From positions 1 through 64,000 of the forward strand of contig CAUYUJ010000293.1 in assembly GCA_963575745.1 (NCBI GenBank): DNA of 64,000 bases, read 5' to 3'. The notes beneath the pieces were generated by a model that ran no database searches, was not told where the DNA came from, and saw only the letters and a list, made by a program, of their open reading frames with translations. Positions 51,347 through 64,000 of this stretch are shown one piece after another (positions within the stretch are counted from its first letter, which is position 1; each line of letters begins with the position of its first letter). A program made the position numbers and the translations under genes. Origin of the DNA: Prorocentrum cordatum. Its lineage: Eukaryota.

Positions 51347-52452
51347 AACTCGTAGAGCTTCCCTTAGCTAGTTGCTGGAAGCTTAAGAGTAATTCCGGCG
51401 CGCTGGAGAGCTATTTGGCAAGAAAAATCTCGACGGACCTTTTGCTGACTTTTGGTCGGTTGAAAATTTTGTTCTCGAAGCTCTAGTAATTTTTCTGACC
51501 ATATTCGATCTTATTCCCGCCCGCCATCTTAATCTCAGCTCGATCGGGTAAATATTTCTGCAAAAAAGCATCGCGGCGGGATCGGCTGTTTCGAGTCATC
51601 TTGATACGCGTTGTCGGTATTTTGTACTTAACTCGAGCTGTAGGGCAGCTACAGAGCTGGTGAGCAGAGCTAATCCATTCAGAATGATCAGGCGCGTTCG
51701 CCTGTTCAATCCAGAGGTCTGAACTCGGTCTGCTAGCCGAGCTAGGTCCGCAAACCTATTCGTATTATTCGAGTCATCGTAGCAGACACTCTCGGTTTTC
51801 TGTACTCAACTCGAGCTGTAGGGCAGCTACAGAGCTCATAGTCACAGAAATCGATTGGCAATCATCATGCGCATTCGTCTGTTGAATCGAGAGCTCTGAA
51901 CTCGGCCTGCTGCCCGAGCTAGATTCGCGAAACTATTCGTATTGTTCGAGTCATCTTGAGAAGTGCTCTCGGTTTCCTGCACTTAACTCGTTCTGGGGAG
52001 GGCTACAGTGCTACTGGTCACAGAAATCGATTTGCAGACATCAGGTGCGTCCGTCTGTCGAACCCAGAGCTCGGAACTCGGTCTGCTGCTCGAACGAGGT
52101 CCGCGAAAATGTTGTATCATTCGAATCATCCTGAGAGCTGCTGTCGGTTTTCTGCACTTAACTCGGGCTGTAGGGGGGCTGCAGGGCTGGTAATCACAGG
52201 ATTCGATTCGCAGACATGAGACGCGTCCGTCTGTCGCATTCAGAGGTCTGAACTCGGTTTGAGAGCTGGGTTGCCAAACTGTTAGCTGGGTTGCCAAACT
52301 GTTCGTTTTTTGTTAGAGTCATCTTGAGGTCTGAAATCACTTGGGCTTAAAAACTACTCGTTCTCTAGAATTTTTCCACATTATATACTGTCAGGAAGCT
52401 CTACGAGTCCCCCGGCGGTAACATAGGTTGACGGTTTACCGCCGGCGCCCAG
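51347..52452 (+). mobile_element. Complete family A element preceded by stacked 5' ends (51263-51346)
   Basis: Both termini present; two further GACTCGTAGAGCTT starts immediately upstream. Confidence 0.8.
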
Positions 52453-54939
52453 TATTTCTGCAAAAAAGCATCGCGGCGGGATCGGCTGTTTCGAGTCATC
52501 TTGATACGCGTTGTCGGTATTTCGTAGTTAACTCGAGCTGTAGGGCAGCTACAGAGCTCATTCTCACAGAAATCGATTGCAAATGATCAGGCGCCTTCGT
52601 CTGTTCCATCTTGAGGTCTGAACTCGGTCTGCTGCCCGAGCTAGGTTCGCGAAACTATTCATGTTGTTGGAGTCATCTTGAGAGGTGCTGACAGTTTTCT
52701 GTACTTAACTCGGGCTGTAGCGGGGCTACAGGGCTCGTACTCACAGGAATCGAGTCGGAGACATCAGGCGCGTCCGCATGCCCAATCCAGAGCTCGAAGT
52801 TCGGTGTGCTGCCCAAGCTAGGTTCGCACAACTTTTGGTATTTGTCGAGTTATCTTGAGAGGTGCTGTCCGTTTTCACACTTAACTCGAGCTGTAAGGGG
52901 GCTGCATGGCTGGTAATCACTGGGATCGATTCAGAGACATCAGTCGCGTCCACCTGTCGCATTCAGAGCCCTGAACTCGCCCTGCTGCCCGAGCTAGGTC
53001 CGCGAAGCTATTCATATTGTTCGAGCCATCTTCAGAGGTGCTGTCGATTTTCTGCACTTAACTCGGGCTGTAAGGGGGCTGCAGGGCTGGTAATCACAGG
53101 AGTCGATTTGGAGACATCAGGCGCGTCCGCCTGTTGCATCCAGATGTCTCAACTCGGTGTGATACTCGAGCTAGATTCGCGGAACTATTTGCATTGTTCG
53201 AGCGATCTTGAGAGGTGCTGTCGATTTTCGCACGTAACTCGGGCTGTAGGAGAGCTACGGAGCTCGTGCGCACAGAAAACGATCCAGAAGCATGAGGGGC
53301 GTTTGGCTGTTGCATCGAGAGGTCTGAATGAAATCTTTTAGGCTGAAAAAACTATTGTCCTCTGCAATTTTTGCGCCATCCTATATGCTCAGGAAGCTCT
53401 ACGAGTCCCCCGGCGGTAAGGAAGGTTGACGGTTTACCGCCGGCGCCCAGTTCGGACGCACTGGTGGGCTAGTTGGCTCGAAAAATCTCGACGGAACTTC
53501 TCTCGGTTTTCTTCACTCAACTCGCGCTGAGGGGGGCTACAGTGCTGGTGGTCACATAAATCGATTTGAAGACATCAGGCGCGTCCGCCTGTCGAATCCA
53601 TAGCTCGGAACTCGATCTGCTGCCTGAACTAGATCCGCGAAACTATTTGTATTGTTCGAGTCATCCTGAGAGGTGCTGTCGGTTTCCTGCACTTAACTCG
53701 GGCTGCAGGGGGGCTGCAGGGCTGGTAATGACAGGAGTCGATTCGCATACATCAGACGCGTCCGTCTGTCGCATTCAGAGGCCAAAAAAAATTCACTATG
53801 AGTCGGAATGTTGGTAGGTGCTGTCGGTTTTCTCAACTTAAGTCGAGCTAGGAAGCTCTACGAGTCTCCCGGCGGTAACCAAGGTTCACGGTTTCACTCG
53901 TAGAGCTTCCCTAAACTAGCATCTGGAAGCTTAAGAGTAATTCGGACGCACTGGCGGGCTAGTTGGCTCGAAAAATCTCGACAGAACTTTTGGTGACTTT
54001 TGCTCAGTTGAAGATTATGTTCTCAAAATTTGAACATTCGTTGGAGCTCTAGATTTTTTACCGTGATATTCGATCTTATTCCTGCTCGCCATCTTGATCT
54101 CAGCTCGATCGGGTCAATATTACTATCGAAAAGCACTGTGGCGGGATCGGTCGTTTTAAGTCATCTTGATACGCGCTGACGGTTTTCTGAACATAACTCG
54201 AGCCTTGGGACAGCTACAGAGCTGGTAAGCACAGCTAATCGATGTAGAATGATTAGGCGCGTTCGGCTGTTGAGTCCAGAGGTCTGAACTCGGTCTGTTA
54301 GCCGAGCTAGGTCCGCAAACCTATTCGTATTTTTTGAGTCATCTTGACAGAAACTCTTCGTTTTCTGTACTTAACTCGAGCTGTAGGACAGGTACAGAGC
54401 TGATAGTTGCAGAAACCCATTCAGAATCATCAGTTGCGTTTGTCTGTCGGATCCAGAGCTCTGAACTCGGTCTGCTGCCCGATCTAGAATCGCGGAACTA
54501 TTGTATTGGTCGGGTCATCTTGAGAAGTGCTCTCGGTTTTCTTCACTCAACTCGCGCTGAGGGGGGCTACAGTGCGGGTGGTCACAGGAATCGATTTGAA
54601 GACATCAGGCGCGTCCGCCTGTCGAATCCAGAGCTCGGAACCCGGTCTGCTGCCCGAATTAGGTCTGCGAAACTATTGTATTGTTCGAGTCATCCTGAGA
54701 GATGCTGTCGGTTTTCTGCACTTAACTCGGGCTGTAGGGGGGCTGCAGGGCTGGTAATGACAGGAGTCGATTCGCATGCATCAGACGCGTCCGTCTGTCG
54801 CATTCAGAGGGCAAAAAATATTCACTATGAGTCGGAATGTTGGTAGGTGCTGTCGGTTTTCTCAATTTAAGTCGAGCTAGGAAGCTCTACGAGTCTCCCG
54901 GCGGTAACCAAGGTTGACGGTTTACCGCTGGCGCCCAGT

Positions 54940-56165
54940 AACTCGTAGAGCTTCCCTTAGCAAGTTATTGCTGGAAGCTTAAGGGTAATTCCGGCGCGCT
55001 GGAGAGCTAGTTGGCAAGAAAAATCTCGACGGACCTTTTGGTGACTTTTGGTCGGTTGAAAATTTTGTTGTCGGAATTCAACAATTCGTTTGAGCTCTAG
55101 TGTTTTTTCCCATGATATTGGATCTTATTCCCGCTCGCCATCTCGATCTCAGCTCGATCGGACACCTTGTACTGCCAAAAAGCAGGCAGGCGGGATCTGC
55201 CGTTTCGAGTCATCTTGACACGCGGTGACGGTTTTCTCAAGACAACTCGAGCTTTAGGACAGCTGCAGAGCTGGTAATTACAGCTAACCGATTTAGAATG
55301 ATCAGGCGCGTTCGCCTGTTGAACCCAGAGGTCTGAACTCGGTCTGCTAGCCGAGCTAGGTCCGCAAACCTATTCGTATTATTCGAGTCATCTTGACAGA
55401 CGCTCTCGGTTTTCTGTACTTAACTCGAGCTACAGGACAGCTACAGAGCTGATGCGTAGAGAAACCGATTCAGAGTCATCAGTGGCCGTTGTCTGTTGAA
55501 TCCAGAGCTCTGGACTCGGTCTGCTGCCCGCTCTAGAATCGCGAAACTATTCGTATTGTTCGAGTCATCTTGAGAGATGCTGTCGGTTCTCTGCACTTAA
55601 CTCGGGCTGTAGGGGGTCTGCATGGCTGGTAATCACTGGAATCGATTCGGAGACATCAGGCGCGTCCGCCTTTCGAATCCAGAGCTCCGAACTCTGTCTG
55701 CTGCCTGAACTAGGTCCGCGAAACTATTCGTATTGTTCGAGTCATCCTGAGAGGTGCTGTCGGTTTCCTGCACTTAACTCGGGCTGTAGGGGGGGGGGGC
55801 TGCAGGGCTGGTAATCACAGGAATCGATTGAGAGACATCAGACGCGTCCGCTTGTCGCATGCAGAGGTCTGAACTCGGTCCCATTCTCGAGCTAGGTTTG
55901 CCAAACTATTCGTATTGTTCGAGTCATCTTGAGAGGTACTGTCGATTTACGCACGTAACTCGGGCTGTAGGAGAGCTACAGAGCTCGTACAGAAGACAAT
56001 CTAAAAGCATCGGGGGCGTTCGGCTGTTGCATCCGAGAGTCTGAAATTGCTTGGGCTGAACATTTTTTTTTGTCTGTGTAATTTTTTTCGACATTATATG
56101 TTGTCAGGAAGCTCTACGAGTCCCCCGGCGGTAAGAATGGTTGACGGTTTACCGCCGGTGCCCAG
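54940..56165 (+). mobile_element. Complete family A element
   Basis: Starts directly after CCCAGT of the previous element; both termini present. Confidence 0.8.
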
Positions 56166-56205
56166 TGGACGCTTCGAAGTGGACGCTACCAAGTGGACGC
56201 TAAGT

Positions 56206-56605
56206 ACTTCGTAGAGCTCTTCGGCATCGATGAGCTAGAGGAATTCTGGCGCGGGGCGGAGCTAGTTGGTCGACCCGACTAGAAAGGACAAAGTGACAGC
56301 TTTTGGGTGGTTTTGTGAATATTTGAAAGATATTTGGCTATTTATTTTGAGAAAGCAGTTTTTTACGCCGAGCATTGGCATATGAACTTCGTTCCCTTAG
56401 CAGCTCAGCGCTCTAGAGCCAGTTTTAGTATTAGTTGACTTCCGGGAACCGACTTCATGTTGACTCAAACAAATATATCAATTTTACGTTTTTCTAGCAA
56501 AGCTCCGAGAAGCTCTCCGCTTCGATCCTGGGCTTTCTTACAGATGCAAGAAGCTCTACGAGGTTCCCGGCGGTGACCAGATTGACGGTTCACCGCCGGC
56601 GCTAG
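56206..56605 (+). mobile_element. Complete family B element
   Basis: ACTTCGTAGAGCTC start after GGACGCTAAGT; B 3' end. Confidence 0.75.
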
Positions 56606-56606
56606 T

Positions 56607-59369
56607 AGCTCGTAGAGCTTCCCTTAGCAAGTACCTCGTAGAGCTCGTCGACATGGATGAGCTAGAGGAATTCCGGCACTGCTGGAGCTAGTTTGCCGAC
56701 CTGGCCTTAAGGGACAAAGTGGTAATTTTCGGTTTTTTTTCCCAAGTTTTGAAAGATATTTCACAATTCATTTTCAGAAACCAGATTTTTCTCACGTGTC
56801 GTGGGTTATGCCGCGTCTGCCAGTTAAATTTTTAGGCCCGTAGCTGCAATATTATTATAAAAAGACTTGCAGGAACCGACGTTTGATAGAAACAGAAAAA
56901 CGTGATTCCTCGAGTTTTTTCTTTCCCATTCCAGAAGCTTTCTTCATGTGCTCCGACGATCGCCGTGCAAGAAAAGAGCTCTACGAGGTTCCGGGCGGTA
57001 ACCAGGTTGACAGTTTACCGCCGGTTCCCAGTTGTTGTTGGAAGCTTAAGAGTAATTCCGGGGCGCTGGAGGGCTAGTAACTCGTAGAGCTTCCCTTCAG
57101 CAAGTTGCTAGAAGCTTGAGAGTAATTCCGGCGCGCTGGAGAGCTAGTTGGCAAGAAAAATGTAGACGGACCTTTTGCTGACTTTTGGTCGGTTGAAAAT
57201 TTTGTTCTCGAAATTCAATCATTCGTTAGAGCTCTAGTATTCTTTCTGACCATATTCGATCTCATTCTCGCTCGCCGTCTCAATCTCAGCTCGATCGGGT
57301 AAATATTTCTGTAAATATACGCGTTGTCGGTATTTTGTACTTAACTCGAGCTGTAGGGCAGCTACAGAGCTCATTCTCACAGAAATAGATTGAAAATCAT
57401 CAGGCGCGTTCGTCTGTTCCATCTAGAGGTCTGAACTCAGTCTGCTGGCCGAACTAGGTTTGCGAAACTATTCGTATTGTTTGAGTCATCTTGACAGGTG
57501 CTGTCAGTTTTCTGCACTTAACTCGGGCTGTAGGGGGGCTACAGGGCTCGTGCTCATTTGGAGACACCAGGCGCGTCCAGTGTGCTGCCCGAGCTAGGTC
57601 CGCGAACTATTCGTATTCTTCGGGTCCTCTTGAGAGGTGCTGTCCGTTTTCTGCACTTAACTCGAGCTGTAAGGGGGCTGCAGAGCTGGTAATCACTGGA
57701 ATCGATTCGGAGACATCAGTAGCGTCCGCCTGTCGCACGCAGAGCTCTGAACTCGGTCTGCTGCCTGAGCTAGGTCTGCGAAACTATTCGTACTGTTCGA
57801 GTCGTCTTCAGAGGTGCTCTCGGTTTTCTGCACTTAACTCGGGCTGTAAGGGGCCTGCAGGGCTTGTAATCACAGGAATCGATTCGGAAACATCAGGCGC
57901 GTCCGCCTGTTGCATTCAGAGGTCTGAACTCGGTCTGATACTCGAGCTAGGTTTGCCAAACTATTCGTATTGTTCGAGTGATCTTGAGAGGTGCTGTCGA
58001 TTTTCGCACGTAACTCGGGCTGTAGGAGAGCTACGGAGCTCGTGCGCACAGGAAACGATCCAGAAGCATGAGGGGCGTTTGGCTGTTGCATTGAGAGGTC
58101 TGAAATCGCTTAGGCTGAAAAACTACTCGTTCTCTGCAATTTTTTTCGACATTATATATGGTCAGGAAGCTCTACGAGTCCCCCGGCGGTAAGAAAGGTT
58201 GACGGTTTACCGCCGGCGCCCAGTTGGCAAGAAAAATCTCGACGGACCTTTTGCGGACTTTTGGTCGGTTGAAAATTTTGTTCTCGAAATTCCTCAATTC
58301 GTTTGAGCTCTAGTTTTTTTTCCCGTGATATTCGATCTTATTCCCGCTCGCCATCTTGATCTCAGCTCGATCGGGTAACTTTTACTGCCAAAAAGCGCCC
58401 AGGCGGGATCGGCCGTTTCGAGTCATCTTGATACGCGCTGTCGGTATATTGGATTTAACTCGAGATACAGGACAACTACAGAGCTGGTAAGCACACCTTA
58501 TCGAGTCAGAATGATCAGGCGGGTTCGTCTGTTGCATCCAGAGGTCTGAACTCGGTCTGCTAGCCGAGCTAGGTCCGCAAACCTATTCGTATTATTCGAG
58601 TCATCTTGACATGCGCTCTCGGTTTTCTGTACTTAACTCGAGCTATATATGACAGCTTCGGAGCTGATACTTACAGAAACCGATTCAGAGTCATCAGTCG
58701 CGTTTGTCTGTTGAATCCAGAGCTCTGAACTCGGTCTGCTGCCCGCTCTAGAATCGCGAAACTATTCGTATTGTTCGAGTCATCTTGAGAGGTGCTGTCG
58801 GTTTTTTGTATTTAATTCGGGTTGTAGAGGGGCTACAGTGCTGGTAGTCACAGGAATCGATTTGGAGACATCAGGCGCGTTTGCCTGTCAAATCTAGAGC
58901 TCGGAACTCGGTCTTGCCCGAACGGTCCGCGAAACTATTTCTATTGTTCGAGTCATCCTGAGACGCTGTCGGTTTTCTGCAGTTAACTCGGGCTGTAGGG
59001 GGGCTGCAGGGCTGGTAATCACAGGAATCGATTCGCAGACATCAGACGCGTCCGCCTGTCGCATTCAGAGGCCTGAACTCGGTCTGATACTCGAGCTAGG
59101 TTTGCCAAACTATTCGTATTGTTCGAGCCATCTTCAGAGGTGCTGTCGATTTACGCACGTAACTCGGGCTGTAGGAGAGCTACACAGCTCGTACAGAAGA
59201 CAATCCAGAAGCATCAGGGGCGTTCGGCTGTTGCATCGAGAGGTCTGAAATCGCTGTGGCTGAAAAACTAGTCGTTCTCTGCAATTTATTTTTGACATTA
59301 TCTTTTGTCAGGAAGCTCTACGAGTCCCCCGGCGGTAACAAAGGTTGACGGTTTACCGCCGGCGCCCAG
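56607..59369 (+). mobile_element. Nest: family A host containing C (56633-57031) and A (57079-58223)
   Basis: AGCAAG-T[C]T-TGTTGTTGGAAG and GGGCTAG-T[A]T-TGGCAAGAAAAATC restore the A 5' region. Confidence 0.85.
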
Positions 59370-61113
59370 TGGCGACTTTTGGTCGGTTGAAAATTTTGTT
59401 CTCGAAATTCCTCAATTCGTTTGAGCTCTAGTATTTTTTCCCGTGATATTCGATCTTATTCCCGCTCGCCATCTTGATCTCAGCTCGATCGGGTACCTTT
59501 CACTGCCAAAAAGCACACTGGCGGGATCGGCCGTTTCGAGTCATCTTGATACGCGTTGTTGGTATTTTGCACTTAACTCGAGATAGAGGATAGCTACAGA
59601 GCTGGTGAGCACACTTCACCGATCCAGAATCATCAGGCGCGTTCGTCCGTCGCATCCAGAGGTCTGAACTCGGTCTGCTAGCTGAGCTAGGTCCGCAAAC
59701 CTGTTCGTATTATTCGAGTCATCTTGACAGACGTTGCCATTTTTTGTACTTAACTCGAGCTGTAGGACAGCTACAGAGCTGATGCTTACAGAAACCGATT
59801 CAGAATCATCGTTCGCGTTTGTCTGTTGAATTGAGAGCTCTGAACTCGGTCTGCTGCCCGAGCTAGGTCGCGAACTATTCGTACTGTTCGAGTCATGAGA
59901 GGTGCTGTCGGTTTTCTGCACTAACTCGGGCTGTAGGGGGGCTACAGGGCTCATAATCACAGGAATCGATTCAGAGACATCAGGCGCGTCCGCTTGTCGC
60001 ATTCAGAGGTCTGAACACGGTCTGCTACTCGAGCTAGGTTCGCGAAGCTATTCGTATTGATCGAGTCATCTTGGAAGGTGCTCGGTTTTCTGCACTTAAC
60101 TCGGTCTGTAGGGGGGCTGCAGGGGGCACAATCACAGGAATCGATTCGAACACATCAAGCGCGTCCGCCTGTCGCATTCAGAGGTCTAAACTCGGTTTGC
60201 TACTCGAGCTAGGTTCGCAAACCCATTCGTATTCTTCGAGTCATCTTGACAGGTGCTGTCGATTTTCGCACGCAGCTGGGCTGTAGAAGAGCGACACAGC
60301 TGATACGCACAGAAACTGATTCGAGATCATTCTGCGCGCTCGTCTGTTGCATCCAGAGGTCTAAACTGGGTTTGCCACTCGGACTAGGTCCGTAAAGCTA
60401 TTCGCATTCTTTAAGTTACCTTGGCAGATTTCGTCCCTCTTCTGCATTGAACTCGGGCTGTAGGAGAGCTACGAGCTGGTGCGCACAGAAAACGATCCAG
60501 AAGTATCAGAGGCGTTCGGCTGTTGCATCGAGAGGTCTGACATCGCTGGGGCTGAAAAACTATTCGTTCTCCACAACTTTTTTGACATTATGCATGGTCA
60601 GGAAGCTCTACGAGTCCCCCGGCGGTAAGAAAGGTTGACGGTTTACCGCCGGCGCCCAGTGCTTTTTGGCAGTAAAAGGTACCCGATCGAGCTGAGATCA
60701 AGATGGCGAGCGGGAATAAGATCGAACATCACGGGGAAAAAATACTAGAGCTCCAACGAATGGTTGAATTTCGAGAACAAAATTTTCAACCGACCAAAAG
60801 TCACCACTGGGCGCCGGCGGTAAACCGTCAACCTTTCTTACCGCCGGGGAACTCGTAGAGCTTCCTCACAATATATAATGTCAAAAAAAATGCAGAGAAG
60901 GAGTAGTTTTTCAGCCCAAGCGATTTCAGACCTCTCGATGCAACAGCCGAACGCCCCCGATGCTTCTGGATTGTGTTCTGTGCGAGCTCTGTAGCTCTCC
61001 TACGTAAATCGACAGCACCTCTCAAGATGACTCAAACAATGCTTTGGCAAACCTAGCTCGTGAATCGGACCGAGTTCAGACCTCTGAATGCGACAGGCGG
61101 ACGCGTCTGATTC

Positions 61114-61508
61114 ATTTCTGATTTAGATGCACTCCACCACTTTAAGTTAGCTCCTTGTTCTCGAAGAGACATAGCTAACCTGGGCTTTTTAAAGAATTCT
61201 TCCAACTTGATACGTCTCCTGTCCCCCTCCGCGCCCCTCCCAGGCATCTCCGTCATGTGGCCGATCCCTGCCCTGCTCGGGCTCCAGAATATGTCTTTCG
61301 TTCCACGTTGGGTGGCGCTCGTATGTGCAATCTCCTCCCTGAGAGCGTTGTTAGCGCCCAGGACGTGAAAGAATTCCAACGTCTACTGTCCGAGCTTTTG
61401 TGTTATGCCTCTGGTCAGGTTGCGACCTGGCCACAGCTGGTTTCGTGGCGTCTGCCGCTCGCCTTCCACGAAGTGCGCCGCTTTCGGAACTGGCGCCCGG
61501 CGGCCTGA
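61114..61508 (+). pseudogene. Degenerate C-terminus of a LINE ORF2 (CR1/L2-like C-terminal motifs)
   Basis: Manual translation gives DALHHFKLAPCSRRDIANLG, a frame change, then FKEFFQ...RHLRH...VFRSTLGGARMCNLLPESVVSAQDVKEFQRLL, resembling the LxLxxLxxRR and WNxLPxxVVxAxSxxxFKxxL motifs. Confidence 0.65.
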
Positions 61509-61557
61509 TGTCCCTTGTGGGGTGCCCAGGCGGTTTTTCTTGAGATAGCCACGAACA

Positions 61558-62000
61558 TTTTATTTTTTTTCTGCGTCTCTTCTTCTTCCTTCCATTCGTC
61601 TCTGTTCTTCTTCGTTCCCGTCCTTGTCTTTTCCTTTGTTTTTCTTCTCGTTTTCGTTCGTTCTCCTTCTCTTGTTCTCGTCTTCGTTTCTTGCTTCGTT
61701 GCCTGCAGCTGCCGTCTCTCGTAGTTCTTCTGCCTCCTTCCCTTCCTCTTTCCGCTTCCTCTGGCCGCCTGCGTGGAGCGCAGGGCGCGCGCGCTGCGCG
61801 GTCGCCGTGCACGTGGGCTGGTGCCCTTCTCCCCCCCTTTCCCCCCTTCTCTCTCCCTCTCTCTTTCTTCGCGTTGCTTCTCGTTGCTGTCTGCTTTCTC
61901 TGCTCTTGTTCTCCTCTTCCCTTTTTTTGTTTTCTCTCTCTCTCTCTCTCTTTTCCTGTCTTTCTTTTGCTCTTCTCTTTTCTTTTTTCTCTTCCTTGTC
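61558..62000. repeat. Pyrimidine-rich low-complexity tract
   Basis: Largely T/C (TTCTTC, CTCTCT) with a short GC island at about 61760-61825. Confidence 0.8.
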
Positions 62001-64000
62001 CTCCTGCGACTTCCCCGCCGGCCTGCCGAGCAGGCTTCGGTGGCCCCGTAGGAGACAGGCTTTTTCCCACCCTGGATGCACCTTTTTATTTTCGACGTGA
62101 CTTGGTGAAGTTAACTGCGCTGCAGAGGTCCGATAGAAAGAAAAGAAGTCTGATGTCTCCGAATCGATTCCTGTGATTGCCAGCCCTGCAGCCCCACTAC
62201 AGCCCGAGTTAAGTGCAGAAAACCAACAGCAGCTCTCAGGATGACTCGAACAATACGAATAGTTTCGCAGACCTAGTTCAGGCAGCAGACCGAGTTCTGA
62301 GCTCTGGATTCGACAGACGGACGCGCCTGATGTCTTCAAATAGGCAAACTTACTTTTTTTCATGTCGACATGAAGTTGGTTTCCCCAAGTGTTTTGATAG
62401 TCGCCATATAGATGTCACCATAAATATGATTGCTCCAAGTGTTTTGATAGCAAGAGTGCGCCTACAGAGCTCATATTAAGACGGAGAGGCCCTCATAGTC
62501 GGTTACAGGTGCGAAAAATCTGCTTTCTGAAAATAATTGGACAAATATGCTTCAAATATTGCAAAATCGCCCAAAAGTTACCACATTGTCCTGTCTGGTC
62601 GGGTCGACCAACTAGCTCCAGCCCGCGCCGGAATTCTTCTGGCTCATCGATGCCGAAGAGCTCCGAGGTATTTTCAACCGACCAAAAATCAGCAAAAGGT
62701 CCGTCGATATTTTTCTTGCCAACTCGCTCTCCAGCGCCCCGGAATTACTCTTAAGCTTCCAGCAATAACTTTCTAAGGGAAGCTCTACGAGTTACTATTT
62801 GTTTTGTTCGAGTCATCTTGAGAGGTGCTGTCGATTTACGCGCGTAACTCGGGCTGTAGGAGAGCTACAGAGCCCGTACAGAAAACAATCCAGAAGCATC
62901 GGGGGCGTTCGGCTGTTCCATGAGAGGTCTGAAATCGGTTGGGCTGAAAAACTATTCGTACCTCGTGGAGCTCTTCGACATCGATGAGCCAGAGGCATTC
63001 CGGCGCGGGGTGGAGCTAGTACCTCGTAGAGCTCTTCGTCGACGATGAGCTCGAGGAATTCTGGCGCGGGGTGGAGCTAGTTCTTGGGCCCGACCTGAAA
63101 GGACAAAGTGGTAACTTTTGGGTGGTTTTGCGAATATTTGAGATATTTGACCATTTATTGCAGATTTTTCGCACCTGTGAAAGGTTATGAGCTCTCTAGG
63201 CGCACTTTTACTACCGAAGCACTTGGGGGAACCAACTTCATTCAGATTTGAAAAAAATCAATGTTCAATTTTTCGAGAAATGCCTCCAGAAGCCCTCTCT
63301 TTCGACTCTGAGCTCTCTCGCGCGTGAAAGGAGCTCTACGAGGTTCCCGGCGGTGACTAGGTTGACGGTTCACCGCCGGCGCCAGTTGGCCGACCCGGCC
63401 CCGACGGACAAAGTGACAACTTTTGGGTGGTTTTCCGAATATTTGAAAGATACTTGGCCATTTATTTTTAGAAAGCAGATTTTTCGCACCTGTAGACGAC
63501 TGTCAGGACCTCCGCGTCTTGATATGAGCACTCTAGATGCACTTTTACTATCAAAACACTTGACCAAACCAACTTTATGCCGACATAAAAAAATCATGTT
63601 TCCTCTTTTTCGAGAAATGCTTTCAGAAGCCCTCTCTGTTAATGCTGAGCACTCTTACGCGAGCTAGGAGCTCTATGAGGTTTTCTGGCGCTGACCAGGT
63701 TGACGGTTCACCGCCGGCGCCAGTTCTCTGCATGTTTTCCAACATTAAATTTTCTCAGGAAGCTCTACGAGTCTCCCGGCGGTAAGAAAGGTTGACGGTT
63801 TACCGCCGGCGCCCAGTTGGTCGAGCCGACCAGAAAGGACATGTGGGTGATTTTGCAAATATTTGAAAGATATTTGACCGTTTATTTTAAGAAAGCAGAT
63901 TTTTCGCACCTGTAAACGATTATGAGGGCCTCTCTGTCTTAATACCTCGTAGAGCTCTTCGGCATCGATGAGCTAGAGGAATTCCCGCGCGGGGTGGAGC

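Larger units (their letters stand above)
61112..62147 (+). mobile_element. 5'-truncated non-LTR retrotransposon insertion with 7-bp TSD
   Basis: GTCTGAT at 61105-61111 and 62148-62154; A-rich tail AGAAAGAAAAGAA; ORF2-like remnant at its 5' end. Confidence 0.75.
60660..62794 (-). mobile_element. Inverted block of A and B element pieces
   Basis: Reverse-complement A 3' terminus at 60807-60865, reversed 178-bp units, reversed B body (about 62350-62670) and reversed A 5' end ending GGAAGCTCTACGAGTT near 62794. Confidence 0.85.
1..64000 (+). mobile_element. Cluster of nested non-autonomous Helentron/Helitron2-like elements (families A, A', B, C)
   Basis: About 63 + strand copies of a conserved ~58-bp 3' terminus (GGAAGCTCTACGAGTCCCCCGGCGGTAAGAAAGGTTGACGGTTTACCGCCGGCGCCCAG or GGAGCTCTACGAGGTTCCCGGCGGTGACCAGGTTGACGGTTCACCGCCGGCGCCAG) and about 40 5' termini that are the reverse complement of its first 14-16 nt. 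Several insertions have flanks that rejoin exactly. That these are mobile elements is well supported; the class is inferred from architecture. Confidence 0.8.

Noticed and set aside
574..60638. Dozens of similar short ORFs (SSELGLLLELG..., ELGTRSAARTR...) suggesting a repeat-protein family
   Set aside because: They are readings of the 178-bp unit (not a multiple of 3), overlap in several frames and strands, mostly use non-ATG starts, and have stops and frameshifts that differ between copies.
61351..62363. Lys/Arg/Glu-rich and Phe/Ser/Leu-rich ORFs up to 267 aa
   Set aside because: Translations of a low-complexity pyrimidine/purine tract.
1103..63815. CRISPR array or integron cassette array (conserved palindromic repeat ending at G|T)
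   Set aside because: Intervening sequences are 0.1-2.6 kb, homologous to each other and non-coding. There is no cas or integrase gene, and bracket-like nesting with rejoining flanks fits transposition instead.

Overview
This 64-kb window is non-genic and almost certainly eukaryotic repetitive DNA. No intact host gene, RNA gene or CRISPR array is supportable, and nearly all tracked ORFs are incidental readings of repeats. Most of the window is a pile of related non-autonomous elements (about 63 3' termini on +, 1 on -, by manual count). Each complete copy has a 5' terminus (A/G)ACTCGTAGAGCTTCC or ACCTCGTAGAGCTC that folds back locally, the reverse complement of that motif about 45-60 bp from the 3' end, and a long covarying 3' stem-loop ending CCAG. 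This is the architecture of Helentron/Helitron2-type (HINE/DINE-1-like) rolling-circle elements. Family A (about 1-1.6 kb) carries a variable array of a 178-bp tandem unit; families B and C (about 400 bp) largely lack it. The elements insert at a single T, mostly in the first ~170 bp of each other's 5' ends, giving Russian-doll nests whose flanks rejoin exactly (e.g. 13120-18134, 56607-59369), almost all in one chromosomal orientation. Also present: an unrelated Helitron2-like element (37798-40089, - strand) with a PIF1-like helicase C-terminal remnant and a 160-bp array, two 5'-truncated LINE 3' ends, local segmental duplications, inverted blocks, and patches that look like long-read consensus noise. 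The Helentron assignment of families A/B/C is structural inference; no cognate transposase is in the window.
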